A stretch of DNA of 64,000 bases from Lama glama (lineage: Eukaryota): the NCBI GenBank assembly GCA_028534125.1, contig CM052817.1:5768001-5832000 (forward strand), read 5' to 3'. Below are positions 24,651-38,700 of this stretch, piece by piece (position 1 is the first letter of the stretch; each line of letters starts with the position of its first letter). The notes under the pieces are model-generated. The model did no database searches. It was not told the origin of the DNA and saw nothing but the letters and a program-made list of their open reading frames with translations. A program made the translations under genes and the position numbers.

Positions 24651-27600
24651 ATCATGGAATTAAAAAATGACACACACATAAGTGGAGTTTTCACTACAGC
24701 TTCTTGGCGTGTGTGTGTTGTTTCTTTTATCTTACAGCTTGGCTGCTATCTCAGTAAGAGCAAAGGCAGAAAGCTGGGGGAAAAGGTGAGGCAACCAACC
24801 CGACTAAGCTTCTACTACGTACCAGGTCTGGTGGGAGCTCACTGCATAATTGTCTTTCAACCTCCTGGCAGCTCGTGCTGTTTGCTGTGAGGGATGTGGA
24901 GACAAAGGAAATGTCTGTGCTGACGCCTCCCAGCCAGTAGCCACACAGGGGGAATCAAGCCCCAGCATCTCCCACAGCATCAAAATAGAGAGGTACCTCC
25001 GATGGGTGGCTCCCTTGGAGCTACTGTTGGTGGTGGGGGGGGGAAGCTGGAAGGGCGCTCCTGGAATGGGAACAGTGTGTACGGACGTGCAGAGGTGTGA
25101 TCCACCTGGGCTCATTGGGAACAACAGCTGTAGAGGAAACGTAGGGCCGGGGATGCTGGAGACATGGGATCCGGGGTGGAACCTGGGTCATGGGTGGCTT
25201 TGCTGCTATTCCATGGCACTTGTACCTGGCTCTGAGGACCTCCAGGAGCCTTTGAACTGAGTTGGACACCCTGTATTTCCCTGAATCTTCGAGTCAGCAT
25301 TCCTGGAACCATGCAGTCCGTGAGTACAGTGAGTGGATTCCAGGTATTACTGAGAAGACCAGTCGGTGGTAGAGACTGTGATCCACGGTGCCTTAAACGC
25401 AAGGACACGTGGAATCTTCCCTAAGAGCAGCCACTTCGATGGCCATGGTCTGGTTTCCATCTCGGAGAAAAGCAGATGCTACTGATCCCCAGGGTTGGGT
25501 GCTGACGGCGCCTGGACCGGGGAAGAAAGGTGGCGGGAATGTCGAGAGTGGAGCTCGGGCAACAGTTCGCTCCTGGGGAACTGAGCTTAGCCAACAGTGG
25601 AGTACGTGAACTTGGCTTTCTCCAGCGAGTGTTCAGAGATTTCCTGGAAATGTTTGGCAGCTATAGGGAGAAGTGTTGTATTTAGAAGTAATTACTACCC
25701 ATCTTCTGCCAAGAAAGGTGTGAGTGGATATGTGGGTAGGTGATTTTAAATAGAATATTTCAGCCTATATGATACCATGTGACCCATCCAAATAATAAAA
25801 ATAGCCACGATGCCCTGCTTATACGGAAGGCTGCATGAAGTGCTTTACCCAAGTGTGATGATGAATGAACAGGTCCCCTCTGCCAATGACAGAGGCGATG
25901 ATGTAATAACCGTCATAAACACTTACGAGCAGTGGCCTGCAGCCTGGGCACCTCCTGAGCAGGCTGTCTGGATTTGAATTCTGCCTCTCTCCCACTCTCT
26001 GTGACCTAACTGCCCAGGCCTCAGTTTTCTCAGCTGTAAACTGGGGATAATGTTAATGCCTGCTCACAGGTTGTCGGGAAGGCTAAAGGAGTTAATAGAG
26101 GTATATAATGCCTGGCATGGGACCCCACACGCTAAACATTCAACGGGAAAGAGCGGTTTTACTATCAAGCACGGTGAGAAGTTCACCACATAGATTATCT
26201 CCTTGAATTTTCACAGCAGTGCACAGAGATAGAGCCCAGTATTACCACGGCTGTTTTACAGAAACATTCACTGCAGCACAGAGAAATAGCTCACTGAGGC
26301 CACAGTCCTGTCACAGAGGCCCAACTGAATGCCAGGTCTCGGATCCCAGAACCTGAGTTCGGATCCATGAAGCCTGACACTGTGGTGTCTCAGTGACCAG
26401 GGAGGGGCCACAAGGCCACCAGACTCAGGGGACCCAGGGGACCTCTTCCATCGGCCTCAGGCCAGAGAATCCTCAGTGGCCCTCAACAGTGCTCCTGGGT
26501 ACCTGGTCCCAGCATGAGCCGAGGTCTTGGCATTTCACAGCGCAGTCTAGACTTCTCGCTGCCTGCAGGCAGAGGTCACCCTGGCACGTAGTAGTAGTTC
26601 AGTAAACACCTACTAGAGAAATGATGGCATGTGGAAGGGGCTTCTTATTACATCACCACTGTCACAAAGACCCCTGCCATTTGCACTTCCTTCTCAGGAG
26701 CTGTTCAAACAAGAAGGCATGCTTTTAAAAAACACGTGTGACCTGCCCCACACAGAACCATAAGCTGCCACAGAAAGTCAGTCTCAGATGAGTCCCTGCG
26801 GTGCTGGGTGGAGTCTGGTGTATTCAGTAGAGCACGAAGTCTGCATCCCCACGTTTGCTTAATTCACTCTGGAGGAAAGGAAAGTGGATAGTCTTGTTGG
26901 CCGAGATGCTTTTCAACTCCCGCTCAGGTAGGGTGAGTGGCTCTTGCAATAACTCGATGATCTTGCTCTTTAACCCACAAGACTTCCTTTTTAAAAATAG
27001 ACTTCTCGGTCCTTATTTCCCCCAAGTTATAGATGACCTCAGGCCTTTCTATAAATAAAACCCTCCTGGACTGCGATGAGACAGCAAAAACTGTTTAACA
27101 GAGCTGGAATCACTGATCTTACCCCAAGTCAGGTTCTAATTTAAGGACATCACTAGGTGTCCCCGCTACTGGCGCCCCCCCAACCCCGCCACCGGCAGGA
27201 CGGGGTCCAGAGGCCTCCGAGGCCCGTGCTGCTGGAGATGAGACTCGGGGAGGGCAGGGAGAGCGCTCTCCCAAGGCTCTTCAATGGAGGAGATGGGGTA
27301 GTTTTCTTTATATGTCTTCGTACTGAGTATCTAACTAATTATAACGAAGGCTAGCATGTATCCAGCTCTCCATGGGCCAAGCTCCCTGCCCCATACTTTA
27401 CAAAGGGAACTGTAGCAAGGCTGAAAGACAGACAGTTCATGATGCCATCAAAAGACAACCTTGGCTTTTGTCTCTACAGTCCTTCAAATTTTAATCATGG
27501 GGGTGACTTTCCCCGCCCCGCCCCATCTCAGTCCTAGGGTCAGAGTTTCAAAATCATAATCAAATTGGCCTGAATGAATGACCCGCTTTCTCTCCCCCAG

Positions 27601-27995
27601 TCCAAGTCTGCTTTAGGCTGGGGTCTGCAGTGAAAAGAGCTGTGGGGAGATGATTGCTTCTTGTTTTTCTTCCTTCCCTTCCATTGGCTTCTAATCAGTG
27701 TCTGACCGTCCAGGATGAGAGTGGTGAGGAACTAGGTCAGGTCTCTGGAGCCAGCAGACGCTTTGGCCAGAATTCTTTCCCTGTGAGCACTGTAGAGGGA
27801 GTTCCGGACAGGTCCACCCCGGGGTGACCTCCCCTCCCCCTGCAGCTTCCCTGACCTGGGAGTTTGCAGCTCTTTTTCTCTGTCCTCAGCAGAGTCATCT
27901 CCTCTGCAGCCCTGAGGAATCCAAGGTCAAGGCTACTGTGTATCACTGTGAGTCAAGGACAAAATCCAGCCCACTCTGACCTCCCTCGGGGCTAC

Positions 27996-28551
27996 TGTAT
28001 TAACTAGGCTTTTTGCTTCCTGTGTCTTATGATGATTTGCTGTCTTGAGGACTTACTGATCTTGGAGAGACTGTCCCTCCCAGGCCAGCGAATTCCTAGC
28101 AAACAATTTGCCTGGGAGCATACCTTTAACACACAAACCAACCAACCCAGAGCCCACACCAGCCACTTCCTCTGTCTAACCTCACACACCAAGCCAATAT
28201 TCCCCTGCCTAAATCACCCAGGCACCGGACCACTAGAGACAGCTCCTGTAGCCCTGGGACCACCTGAAATTATTCCAATTATTCCAACTACACCATTCTG
28301 AGCTTGCTCAAGCTTGCCTCCCCGCCTCACCCATTCCCTCCCACAGAAGCCACGATAAAGGCTCTGGATCATGCTCTGCCCCCTCTCCTCCTGCCTCCTG
28401 ATGGACCCTGGTGCCTCCTCATGTGGTACTGCATGGGGTGGCATGCCCCCTCCCCTTGGGAACCGTGAATAATACTCTTCTTTCAAAGGCAGTGTCTGTG
28501 TCTGTCACCTTGCCATGCCTGATTAAAGCCACATCCCAGGTGCATTTTACA
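27996..28551 (+). mobile_element. MER74-like (ERVL) solo LTR
   Basis: TG...CA ends; caaaccaaccaacccagagcccacacc, ctaaatcacccagg, gataaaggctctg motifs. Confidence 0.7.
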
Positions 28552-28741
28552 GCAGCCGGGTCACCCTCTCCTCCAGGCATGGGGCCACATAGGTTCTTGC
28601 TGCAGGTGACAATTTCTTTCTGGAATCACCTGCCCCTTGTCTTTCAGGACACGTCTCTCCTGGTTCTCCTCCAGTTTCTTTGAGAACCTCCCCAGGGATC
28701 TGAGCCCTACTTTCTGTTCATCTCCATAGCTTCCCCCAAGG

Positions 28742-28905
28742 CAGTGGTTCTTAAACTTGGCTGCACACTGGAATCACTTGGGGGGTTTTGAAAATGACGG
28801 ATGCCCATGGTCTCCCACACTTGCAGATTTGGGGTTAATTGGTCTGGGGCTGTGGGAGCTGGGTTGTTCAAGCTGTGCAGGTGGCTCCAGGTGGCAACCA
28901 GCTGA
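28742..28905. mobile_element. MER5A-like hAT MITE
   Basis: cagtggttcttaaacttggctgcacactggaatcacttggggg. Confidence 0.75.
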
Positions 28906-29029
28906 GCACCTAGGGCCTCCCCTCCACCTGCAGCAGACAGTGGTGCACGGCCTGGAACTGACGGCCTCATCGTCCAACTGCCCAGAGTGGTGTTGGCTAT
29001 GGGACTGCAGCTGGGTCCTCGTCCTCCCC

Positions 29030-29361
29030 CCGAGACATGGCCTTGAAGGATGCTTCCTCCACCAAGGCTACTCACCCCTCCTTTGGAGCAAGCTGCACCC
29101 AATGACTGGCTGATATGGGTGCACAAAGGCCTCCCCTCCCCTCCTCTACCTGAAAATGGTACAACTCTGACAGGCCCTCCCAGGCCCAGAGCTCCCTGTG
29201 GGCTGGGACCTCCACTGTGACTGAGGGCTGCTCACCCTCTCCTGCTGAGCCCCACTTCTTTACTTCCTGGCAGGTGCTGATCTGAGACCACTCCCCAGGC
29301 AGCTTCCTGCTCACAAATCGCCATCTCAGGGTCTCTTCCCTGGGAACCCAACCTAAGACAC
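29030..29361 (+). mobile_element. Old MLT1 (J/K-like) LTR fragment
   Basis: 3' end catctcagggtctcttccctgggaacccaacctaagaca. Confidence 0.6.
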
Positions 29362-29374
29362 ATTTATGGGCCAT

Positions 29375-30320
29375 GATTCAAATCTCCACGTCCAGTCCAC
29401 ACCTCTCACTGGGGCTCCTAACTCCCACTTCCAGTTGCCTAGTGGGCAGCTCCACTGATAACCCTTGGGTTCCACAATCTCCACACAGTGTCCCTCACCT
29501 CCCAGGTCGCCCATGCCTGTCCCTTGATCGCAGCTGGGGACATCACCACCTATCCAGATATCTGATGCAGAAACTCAATGTCACCTCCATGTCCATGTTT
29601 AACTCACAGCCTTCCCACTGCCGTCCGATTTGCTGCCTCCCCTGCTGGAGTCCTGTTGGCTGAATCTGAAATCCCCCTTGTGAGTCTCCTTCTCTTCCTC
29701 CTTGCTAGCACTTGCCTTACGGGAGGTTTTTACAGCGTTCTGCCTGGATTCTCAGAACAGCATCTTAATTGTCCCGAGATGCCCCTGCATTCCTTTGCAT
29801 TCCCCTCACAGCCTCAGAGTGATCCTTCTAGAAGGTGAATTTGATGTTCTGAGTTACTTACTTCTCTGCCTAAACCAGTCAGTGGCTCCCCACTGCCCTC
29901 AGGATACAAAGCCCTGTCTTACGAGAACCCTTCTGGGATTCCAGCCTTGCCACTGGCTAGACACCAGCCCTCTGCTCCTCTGCTCTGGTCCTGCCCACCC
30001 GAGGTCCCTCTCTGAATCCAACAAGCTGATTTCATCATGCGGTGCCTTTGCAGGTGCTGCTTCCTCCCCCAGGAGTGCCCGCCCTTATCTACACATAGAT
30101 GAACCCTCCCAGTTTTAGCATTGCCCCCTGTGCACAGTATCTCTTCCCGGCGCAGAATTCCATTAAAGCACTTGGAACCTGTGAAGCATGTATTCTTTAT
30201 GGGTTTGTCTCTCCGACTAGACTGAGTTTCTCGGGGCCACCCCTGGCCGTGTTCTTTTATGTTTCTGCCACCTGCCTGGCATGACAGGTGTTCCACAAAT
30301 GCCTCTTGACTGAGTTTGTG
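29375..30320 (+). mobile_element. L2 LINE 3' region
   Basis: cagcctcagagtgatccttcta, cagtggctccccactgccctcaggataca, tgcctggcatgacaggtgttccacaaat. Confidence 0.7.
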
Positions 30321-30674
30321 TTGGGTCAGATGAAGGGCACAGGTAACTGATGCTGCTGCTGGAGACAGAGACCCTGAAATAGCGCACAGCCCTGCTTTTA
30401 AAGGACTACGTGTGGCTTAGTGCTAAAACTTCCCTGTGGTACCCTATTAAAGGGTTAAAGTAGCATAAATCATATTCCCCGATAAGGCGTTATTACAGTT
30501 TTCAGTCTACAGAAGGGAAAGCTGAGACCCAGAAAGGTCCGGTAGCTCAGGCAAGCTCACGTGGGACGCGGGGCACAGCTGACCCGGAGCCTGGCTCTTC
30601 CGATGCGAGCACGGGGCTCTTTTTGTGACATTATTCCCCGATACCGTGCGGTTCTCAGAGCAAAGCAACACCTG

Positions 30675-30695
30675 CCGCCTGCCCCCTGGCGGCTG
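30675..30695 (-). promoter_or_regulatory. Candidate CTCF binding site
   Basis: Minus strand CAGCCGCCAGGGGGCAGGC closely matches the CTCF core (CC[AG][CG][CT]AG[AG][GT]GGC); motif only. Confidence 0.5.
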
Positions 30696-32209
30696 GCAGC
30701 TGAATAGCGAATTTGTATGCAGATTATATTGGGCTGGACCAGTCCTGCTCCTCCATAGTAAGTTCTGTACGGAGCTCACCAGAGATCACTCGAGCTCAGC
30801 TTGCCCTTGCACCAAACCGTCGTGAGGACTCCACCCAGGCGAGGTGCAGGGGCGCATGGCAGCCGTTCAGGGAGGGAGAAACAGCCGCCTTCCCCAGGGA
30901 TGCTTTGTGAAGGAAAGGGATGAATGCTCCTTGCTGGTTCCTTGTCACAAGCTGGGTCTCCCAAGGGAAACAGCGCTGGTCAACGAAAGTCCATGGAACT
31001 CTTGGCCTCGGCGTCCTCACAAGCACCTTCGGAGAGGGGCCCTGCAGGCCACAGCTCACAGAGCCCCGGGGTGGGGAGCGTGTGTCTGCACCACCACATG
31101 CGTAAGCTGGGTCAGCCTGTCACTGTCTCCACCGCAGACCATGCAGAAGTCACCATCACCCACCCTACAGGGAGAGTCCAGATGCTGAGATGCTCAGGTC
31201 ATGGCACCACGTGTGTTGTTCCACAAGTGCTGTTTCTGGTACATATTCATGGTCTGGTTGTTATTTCATTAACAACAGAGACCTCAAGAGCATGGCTGTA
31301 TGATTCCCCTCACGTTTTCCTGTCTTACAAACAATCCTGAAATTACCCTTCAAAGGCATAACACTAACCTCTCAGAAAGTTGTCGCAAGTTCTAGACGTA
31401 AGTGAAGTCACCTGCCCAAAGGGTCCCCTTTCAAGAAACTCCAGCTTTTTCCCCGCTTCCTACAACTTGTCTCTGCTTTTCAAAGGGTTCAGATGTCCTC
31501 TGTCTCAAGCGATCTTGTGGGAAAGTAGAGTCAGAAGCTATTAGTCCCATTTCACAGACAAGGAAACCGAGGCTGGCGAGGTGGAGAGACAGGTTGAAAG
31601 TCCTGCCGCAACATAATTTCTACTAAATCAACTTTGTACCTCCCTCATTTCAGGGAGAGAAATCCAAGCAGTTTTTTAAGGTTGTTGACCTGCAGGGTAC
31701 CTCCTCTGGCCTGCCTACAGGGACGGGCTGGCGCTGAGCACGTGTGAATCTGTCTTACAGAGAAACTCCACTTCACCTTCACAACACTCCAGCCTTCATT
31801 CCCATTTGACAGTTGAGAAAACTGAGGCACCAAGAAGCAGAGTAACGCATTCAGAGTCATGAATCTGCTGAATGGCAAGGGCAGCACTGCCAGCCGGCAG
31901 CGGGGCTCCCGGCTCTGTGCTCGCAGCCGCTGCGCGGTCCAGCCTCCCTGACTAGGCCTTTTCAGAGATGGCCCTTCTCTCTCCCGAGGGGATTAGGTAA
32001 CCAGCATTCTCTCCTAAATAATGCTCCCTGGACTTGAAGCCCATCCTTAATCCCTTTACCAGCCTTCCGTGTTCTAGCTGAACCATGCCGGTTTCCAGGG
32101 CTCATTGTTCAGACCCTTTCACACCACAGCTTCGTCTGCCACCTCCTTCGACAAATCCTCATTGTGGGTCATCTGTGATCAGATCAGTGGCCTCCAATGG
32201 AGTCCATGA

Positions 32210-32282
32210 AAGGAAGGAAAAAAAAAAAAAGAAAGGAGGGAAGGAAGGAAGGAAGGAAGGAAGGCAGGCAGGCAGGCAAGGA
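32210..32282. repeat. Compound (GGAA)n/(GGCA)n microsatellite with an A-run
   Basis: aaggaaggaaggaaggaaggaaggcaggcaggcaggcaag. Confidence 0.9.
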
Positions 32283-34149
32283 AATGTGGTTTGCTCTAAG
32301 GCTCACACAAGCACAAGGATGCCCATATGAACTGGACTTTCCTATTGATGACCTCAATTCTGGGGATACGGGAGTCTTGATTTCCAGGGACTAGGGACCA
32401 GTCTGGTTACCAAGGAGTTCTGAACCCTGGATCACAACCTTGGGCCTTTCACAGCCTCATTCAGCTTTGGAGTTGGACCCAAGTTCAAATTCTGATCCTT
32501 CGACTTACTTAGCTCAGGGCCTTGAGCAAATTGCTTATTCTCTGGAATCACATGAGAAGAGTAATCAACATTTATTTTGCAGGGCTGCCGTGAGGTTAAC
32601 AGAGGTGGTATCCTAGTATGGGCCTAGTACACGACTGGGAGCAAAGAGATGTAGCTTCCTTTTTCCCTTTGCTGTGGCGCTGAGCCAACGTGAGTGGCCC
32701 GTCTTCACTGAAGAGTGAGTGGGTCTGCGCCCCCAGGCCTGTGGCTTTGTGTCTGGGTTGAGGGTATGAAACTCACCTCTCAGACCCGAGTGGGCAGTCG
32801 AGGAGCTGAAGACCAACAAACCTCTCTCAGGAGCCCCCATCTAACGTCATCAGCCACTGCCCTACCTCCTTGGATGCCCTCTACCCCTTGGGGTCTCTGT
32901 CAGCTACCCGGTGCCCCTCCCCTGCATGGACACCCCTGGTGGATCTTTGCTGAACCCATTGACGAACGAGCATGGTACCCGTCCCTCTCGGGTGCTGCCT
33001 GGTCGTCTATAGGACGCTAGGCTGCACCCAGGAGCACGCTCCCGTCCCCTCCGCCTCTCAGTGCCCTGCATTCCCTGCACACGCAGGCAATGAGGCTGGC
33101 TTTTCAAAGCGATGCTCACATCTCATTTCAGCCATGCTGTCGCTCATTCAGTCCGTGGGCATTTCCTCAAGGACAGGGCAGGTGTGAGGACAGTAGCAGC
33201 AGGACCAGAGCAGCGGGTGTGAGTGCTGGAGGAGGGAGCGTCGGCATGGAGTGCTGGGCTCCGTTTGAGCTTTTCCTGGCAAATGTCCATCCTCAGCGTT
33301 CTCGCCTCTGACGTGCCCCCTTTCAGAAAGCTGCAGGCGGCGGGGCGCGTCCCAGCCACCAGGCACCTGCCGCGCTGTCACAGGAAGAGTCATCATCGGT
33401 ATCATCGTTTTTCATGGAAAAGGGGCTTTTTCAGAACCTCACCTTTTCTTTATCTTTGAAACACCTCAGATGTCAGGAGGCGACTGAAGCCAAAGAGAGG
33501 GCAGACATTTCAAACGGAGGACCATTTTCTGGCGCTGCTTCTTGTCACCAGCCCCTCAGCACGTGGCGTCCCTCCTTCCGGACTGTGTGTGGTTTAGGTG
33601 AGCCGGTGCATGCGCGAGCATAGGGTGGGGGAGCCGAGAGAGACCTGGCTGAGCAGGTGAAGACCCCCCGGCGGCATCCTCATGGCCTGTGTCCAGGAGT
33701 CTGAGAAGGAGAGCCCAAGCCTTGTCGTGGAAAGAAATCACCAGAATAAATCTCACGCTCTTCAGCTTGGCGCTCAAGGTGCTCCATGTGGCCACCTGTG
33801 CAGCCTCAGCTCCTTCCCATCTGCAGTGGTTCCAGGCTCTCGGAGAACTCCTCCCTGACACCTCTGAGCCTTTGCATGTGTTGGTCCCTCTGCCTGGAAG
33901 ACCGCTGACTTCCTGCGGCTTGCCTGGAAAAGTGTTACCTCTTCCTTTAAAGCCAGCTCAGGTGTCCTCTCCCTGGGGGTCCTGCCCTGAGCCCCCGTCC
34001 ATGCTCCACCGCCTGCCCTTTAACACGGCATTGGGCGCGTGTTCTCTTTGTGTCTGCTTCACATGCTGGAGTCCAGCCGGGCCAGGAAGAGGGCGGTCAC
34101 TCCTGGCCAGTGATTTGCTTCAGTATTTTGCAGATTTGTTGCCAAGTGT

Positions 34150-34700
34150 TTACCGTTGGAGCATTTGGGGAAAAAAGTCAACTGTAGGTATATAGAAAAT
34201 TAAGCAAGTGAGAAGTAACAACAAAGGAATTATTAACTCCAGGAGAAACAAAAAGTTGCATGAGAAAGGAGAGTAATCAGGATGCATAACCATAATAATG
34301 CAACTGCCAAACAGTGAATTACAAGAAATTGTGCTGTGACTGTATGGGTAAGGTAGGGAAAGAGGAGGGGAGGGACAGTGGTGTAAGGGTGCTTAGACCT
34401 CAACTATTACAACAGGACATCAATGAGAATGTCCAAAGGGAATGCATCTACAAGTAGTGCTACAGCAGATACTTTATACGTAGATATATGGAGATAGTTT
34501 GGTTATAAGGAACAGGCTCAAATTATTTTAAAATATGGGGGAATTATCAAATAACAACTAGAAGAGTCACAAGAGGCTGGAGAGGGTGGAGGAATGGATC
34601 ACTATTCCTCATTATATCCCCTATGAGCCTCTTAGTAGGACTGAATTTTTTTTTAACTATTTGCATGCATTGTTTTGACTAAAATAATTTAAAATTTGTT
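34150..34700 (+). mobile_element. Old L1 (L1MC/ME) 3' region
   Basis: AT-rich decayed L1 3'UTR-like sequence. Confidence 0.45.
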
Positions 34701-36929
34701 TTAAATCAAATACACAGTTGAGACTTGAACAGTTTTTGTTCGGGGCACTTTTCTGGAATTAAGCGCACTCCCTGGGGATTCTAGTGACGAATCCACGGTC
34801 TGTATGCTCAGCACCATTTGCGGTGATTCAGCCACACAAACAGAGCTGGCCTGGGCCTGAGAAGCCCGAATGCTCTGGCCCTCGGGGAGGGGCTGAGTCA
34901 CACCCCAGGTCTGACTGCTGGGTTTGTGTGTGCGGGATGAGGGAGATGATGTTTGTCAAATTGTCGTTCTCAACACCAAGCCCTCCTGGGCAAGGACCCA
35001 GGCTCACTGGGAGACAGTCTCCCTTCAGTGTCTCAGCACAGACAGGAGCTGCTATTAGGGGGTACTGGTGGGGAAGCTCAGAGGTCAAGTTAACATGTGA
35101 GAGGAGACTTATTGTTCCAAACGCTGAGACTTGAAATCCGCCAGAAGCAACATCGGCCTCATGTAATTATGGAAGCACAGTGTCCGGGTCTGCATCTCCC
35201 CGGGGCCCTGCGTCTTCCCAGCTCTCTCAGACTCCATTCAACCGCACTGGAAAAACAAAACAGGCTCTTCTGCCTGGAAGAAAACAAGCTTTGCCTTCAC
35301 TTGCCCGAGATAGCGCCTTCCATCCAATTAAGCCGATGAAAGAGGTGCTTAGCCTCCCAATGAAGTGCTTCTTCAGCCAGCCAACAACATCTACCCACTC
35401 CAGGCAGTGCAGGAAAGAGAAAGGTGAATCCTAAGGAGAGGGGTGCAGCCCCAGTGGGCACACAGGCGGGGTGAAGTCAGAGGGAGCGGGAAGAAAGGGC
35501 ACATCCCAGCGTTACCCTCGCAGACCGGAGACTCAGAAAGCAGCTATTATGAGAACTCAACAGAGCGAGCGAGAGCCTTTGTCGGGAGCATCAGGCCAAG
35601 CTCAAGTGATGTTCAGCTTCTATTTTCAGGAGGGCTGCTAAATGTATGTTCCTTTTCTGGAGTTTAGAGTTATTTGAGGATCTTTCTTGAAGGCTGAGGG
35701 ATGTGGCTTGAGAGAGGTAGAGGCAGGGTAAGTGACACAGGACGAGGGGACGGCAGGAGGATTATGGGATGTGGGGGAGCGGAGGGCACTCAGAAATACA
35801 GGCAGCGGAGTGGTGGCTAGAGGTTAGATGGATTAGGATGAGAGACTGGACCCAAATGCAGGGGGCTTGGATGCCAGACTGAGGAACCTGGGCTTCATTT
35901 GGTGGACACAGGATCCACTGCTTTACCAGATGGCAACTCTTGATAAAATTCAGTGATAAGCACTTTTACAAGTAGTAGCTCATTCAGTGATTACATTAAC
36001 CCCATGGAGTGTGTGTGAGTGTGTCCATTTTACAGATACAGAAACTGAGACCCAGAGAATCGCAGTAACTTGTCCACATTACACAGCTAGAGAGGAGCAG
36101 GGGCAGGAAAGCTATGACTTTCTGACTCCCACGTGGGAGCATCTTCCCCGCTGCTTCCCTACTCCCTCTGGGGGCACTGCCCGAGGAAGAGGATTGGGCA
36201 GATGTGACTGAAGTGACAGGTGCGTGGGGGGCGGGGCCCCGGCTGCCCTGTCCTCTCCTCATCTCATCGTCGTTGCCTCCCTGGTGGTCTAGTTGAGCCG
36301 CTCTGTCTTCAGCTGTGCCGAGCTCCCTCTCGATTCTTATTTTTATTTTTGCCCTGGCCATTTGCTCTACTTGGAATGGTGTCTCCTTTTCCTCCCACCT
36401 GGCTACCTAATTGTCCCCTAGCCCTCAAGGTGGACACCATCCTCTCCAGAAAGGCTTCCCTGGCCATCCCCTGCTGCCTTAGGGCTGCTCACGGGGTCCT
36501 TCCACCCCTGGGCTTTCTACACTACACGAGCCGCCACTGCCTGTGGTCCCTTCCAGCTGCCCCTCACACAGAGAGCTCCTTGCAGGCAGGGATCTGGTCT
36601 GGCTCATCTCTGTGAGGTCTGGTGAGTGTGGCTGCTCCATAAATATTGGTTGATTTGAGCAAAATGAGTTGGTCAGAATGATATGGACATAGGAGGTAAA
36701 GATAACAGATGCAGGTCATATGCAGTGGTCCAGAGGAGAGGCGAGGAGAATTCAGGGGCAGTTGGCTGGGAGGAAGAGAGGGGCTGCATGAGATGGAGAT
36801 GTGGAGGGAGATGGACGGGACCAGCGGGAAGGGGAAGAAACTAGGCTGGGTGAGGGCTGCCGCAGAGGCATCTCTGGGGCAGGGCTAGGACTCTCCGCAG
36901 CAATCCGCCTCTGCCACTCCCATGCTTCA

Positions 36930-37206
36930 TTCGCATCTCAGCCCTAGAGGCCTCTCCCAGCCTGCCTAAAACCTCTCTAAAATAACCTCCCTCACCATCT
37001 GCCCCCTCCTTCCTGCTTTGTTCTGCTTCACAGCATTCATTACTGCCTGACTTCAAATATTTACTTGTCTCTGATCTGTGTCCTCCACTAAAATGCTTAG
37101 GTTCATGAGGGCAGGGATCTGTCTGTTTGTTCACTGCTGGATAGAGCCTAGAAGAGTGCCAGGCACACAGTAGGTGCTTGATAAATGTTTGTTGAATGAA
37201 TGAATG
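36930..37206 (+). mobile_element. L2 3' end
   Basis: gagggcagggatctgtctgtttgttcactgctg...gtgccaggcacacagtaggtgcttgataaatgtttgttgaatgaatgaatg. Confidence 0.9.
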
Positions 37207-38519
37207 CATCACCAACGGACAAAGTCCAAATGGGGGCTTGGGCTCCTGCTGGCTACAGACACTAGAGGGAGCCTGACCACAGGCTGGATCTGGCAAAGCA
37301 CCCAGGTGCCCCAAAATTTGAGCCCCAGGTCCTAGGCAGCGGCTCCCTGACAATGCCAGAGGAGAGCTTAGAACCGTTCCTGAAACAGGATGACTCCTCA
37401 GGAAAGGGCGGCAGAGCTTTCCCCCACTTACTCAACAGCATCTTCTCCCAGTCTCCTGGGTGAAGGGCACAAACTCAAAGATGACAGGTGATTTGGCTAT
37501 GCCTGTCCTCACGGAGAGGAGAGGAAGGACCGAGCGCTGTGCTAGGAGTCTCACATATAATAATGCATTCGTAATGCCTACCCAGGTCCAAGACCATGTC
37601 CAAGACCACTGGCCAGAGAGCCATGGGCAAAGTTTCCCCTCTGGGTCTCCATTTTCTAACCTGTAAAATGGGGTGATGATAGAAACTGCTTCCCAGGTGG
37701 AGGCAGGATCTAAGTGAGAGGATGTGGCTGAAGCCCACTGCTTGGCACCAGGTCAGCGCTGTGCAAACTCTAGTCGTCCTACTCCAGCCTCTCATCTCCT
37801 TCTCCGCTGTGGGGTGAAGGGTCATCCCCACCCCCATCTCCAAATGGGGGAACTGGAGTTCAGAGGCACTGAGTGACTTGCACAGGACAGTCAGGCAAAT
37901 CAAAGATTGGGATGGGACAGAGCTGGCCATCTTGGAGCCTCCTCAGTTCTTGCCTGAAGGTCTCTCCTGTCCCAGGGGGGTGTGGGGCTTGCATGAGATG
38001 GCTCGGGGCCTATTTCCAAGACAGAGAGGCTGCACGTGGGGCAGTGGAGGGGGCCGGGCCTGCTGGCTGGGGGCTGAGGGTTCAGTCCTCCTCGGCAGCG
38101 GCACAGCCCAGAGCCAGGCACCAAAGATCTCTGAGACTTGCCCTCCTCCTCATCTGAGAAATGGGTCTAGTGATGTCACTTACCCCAGGGAGGAAGAGCC
38201 ATTGCACAAAGAGCCCCGGAGGCCGCAGGGGACGCAACCCCTCTGCACTTCTGCGCAGCAGTGTGTAGGTCACAAGGCGTCTCAGGTGCATCTTCTTGTC
38301 TCTCCAACAGCCCCGTGAGATGAGGATGACAACAAATGACCAGACTCCTGGACGTGATGAGGGTGCACCTTTGCTGTTCAGAAGCATTTGTTGACGAGAA
38401 CATGTTATAACCAGACCAACCAGGTGGTAAGAGCTGGCCATGGGCGGGGAGCACTTTGTTACAAGCACTGCCATTGAGCTGGGTTCTGCCCAAGAAAGGC
38501 CAAGGTGGGGATTCCAGCA

Positions 38520-38700
38520 CCGTGCATTCCAGCCCCAGCTCTGCGGCTTGCTACCTGTGTGTGACCTTGAGTGCATCTGTAAGTCTCTCTGTGCCTCAGC
38601 ATTCTCATCTGTGAGATGGGGATGATATCGAAGGTACCTAATTCCTAGAGGGTTGTGTGGATTCCGAGTTACCACGTGGAACCAGCCCACAGCAAATGTC
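38520..38700 (+). mobile_element. MIR SINE (one of about 20 MIR fragments, e.g. near 2200, 11090, 14900, 17900, 19390, 26000, 31800, 36030, 53450, 58360, 60590)
   Basis: tgtgtgaccttgag...ctctctgtgcctcagcattctcatctgtgagatggggatgat (MIR core). Confidence 0.8.
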
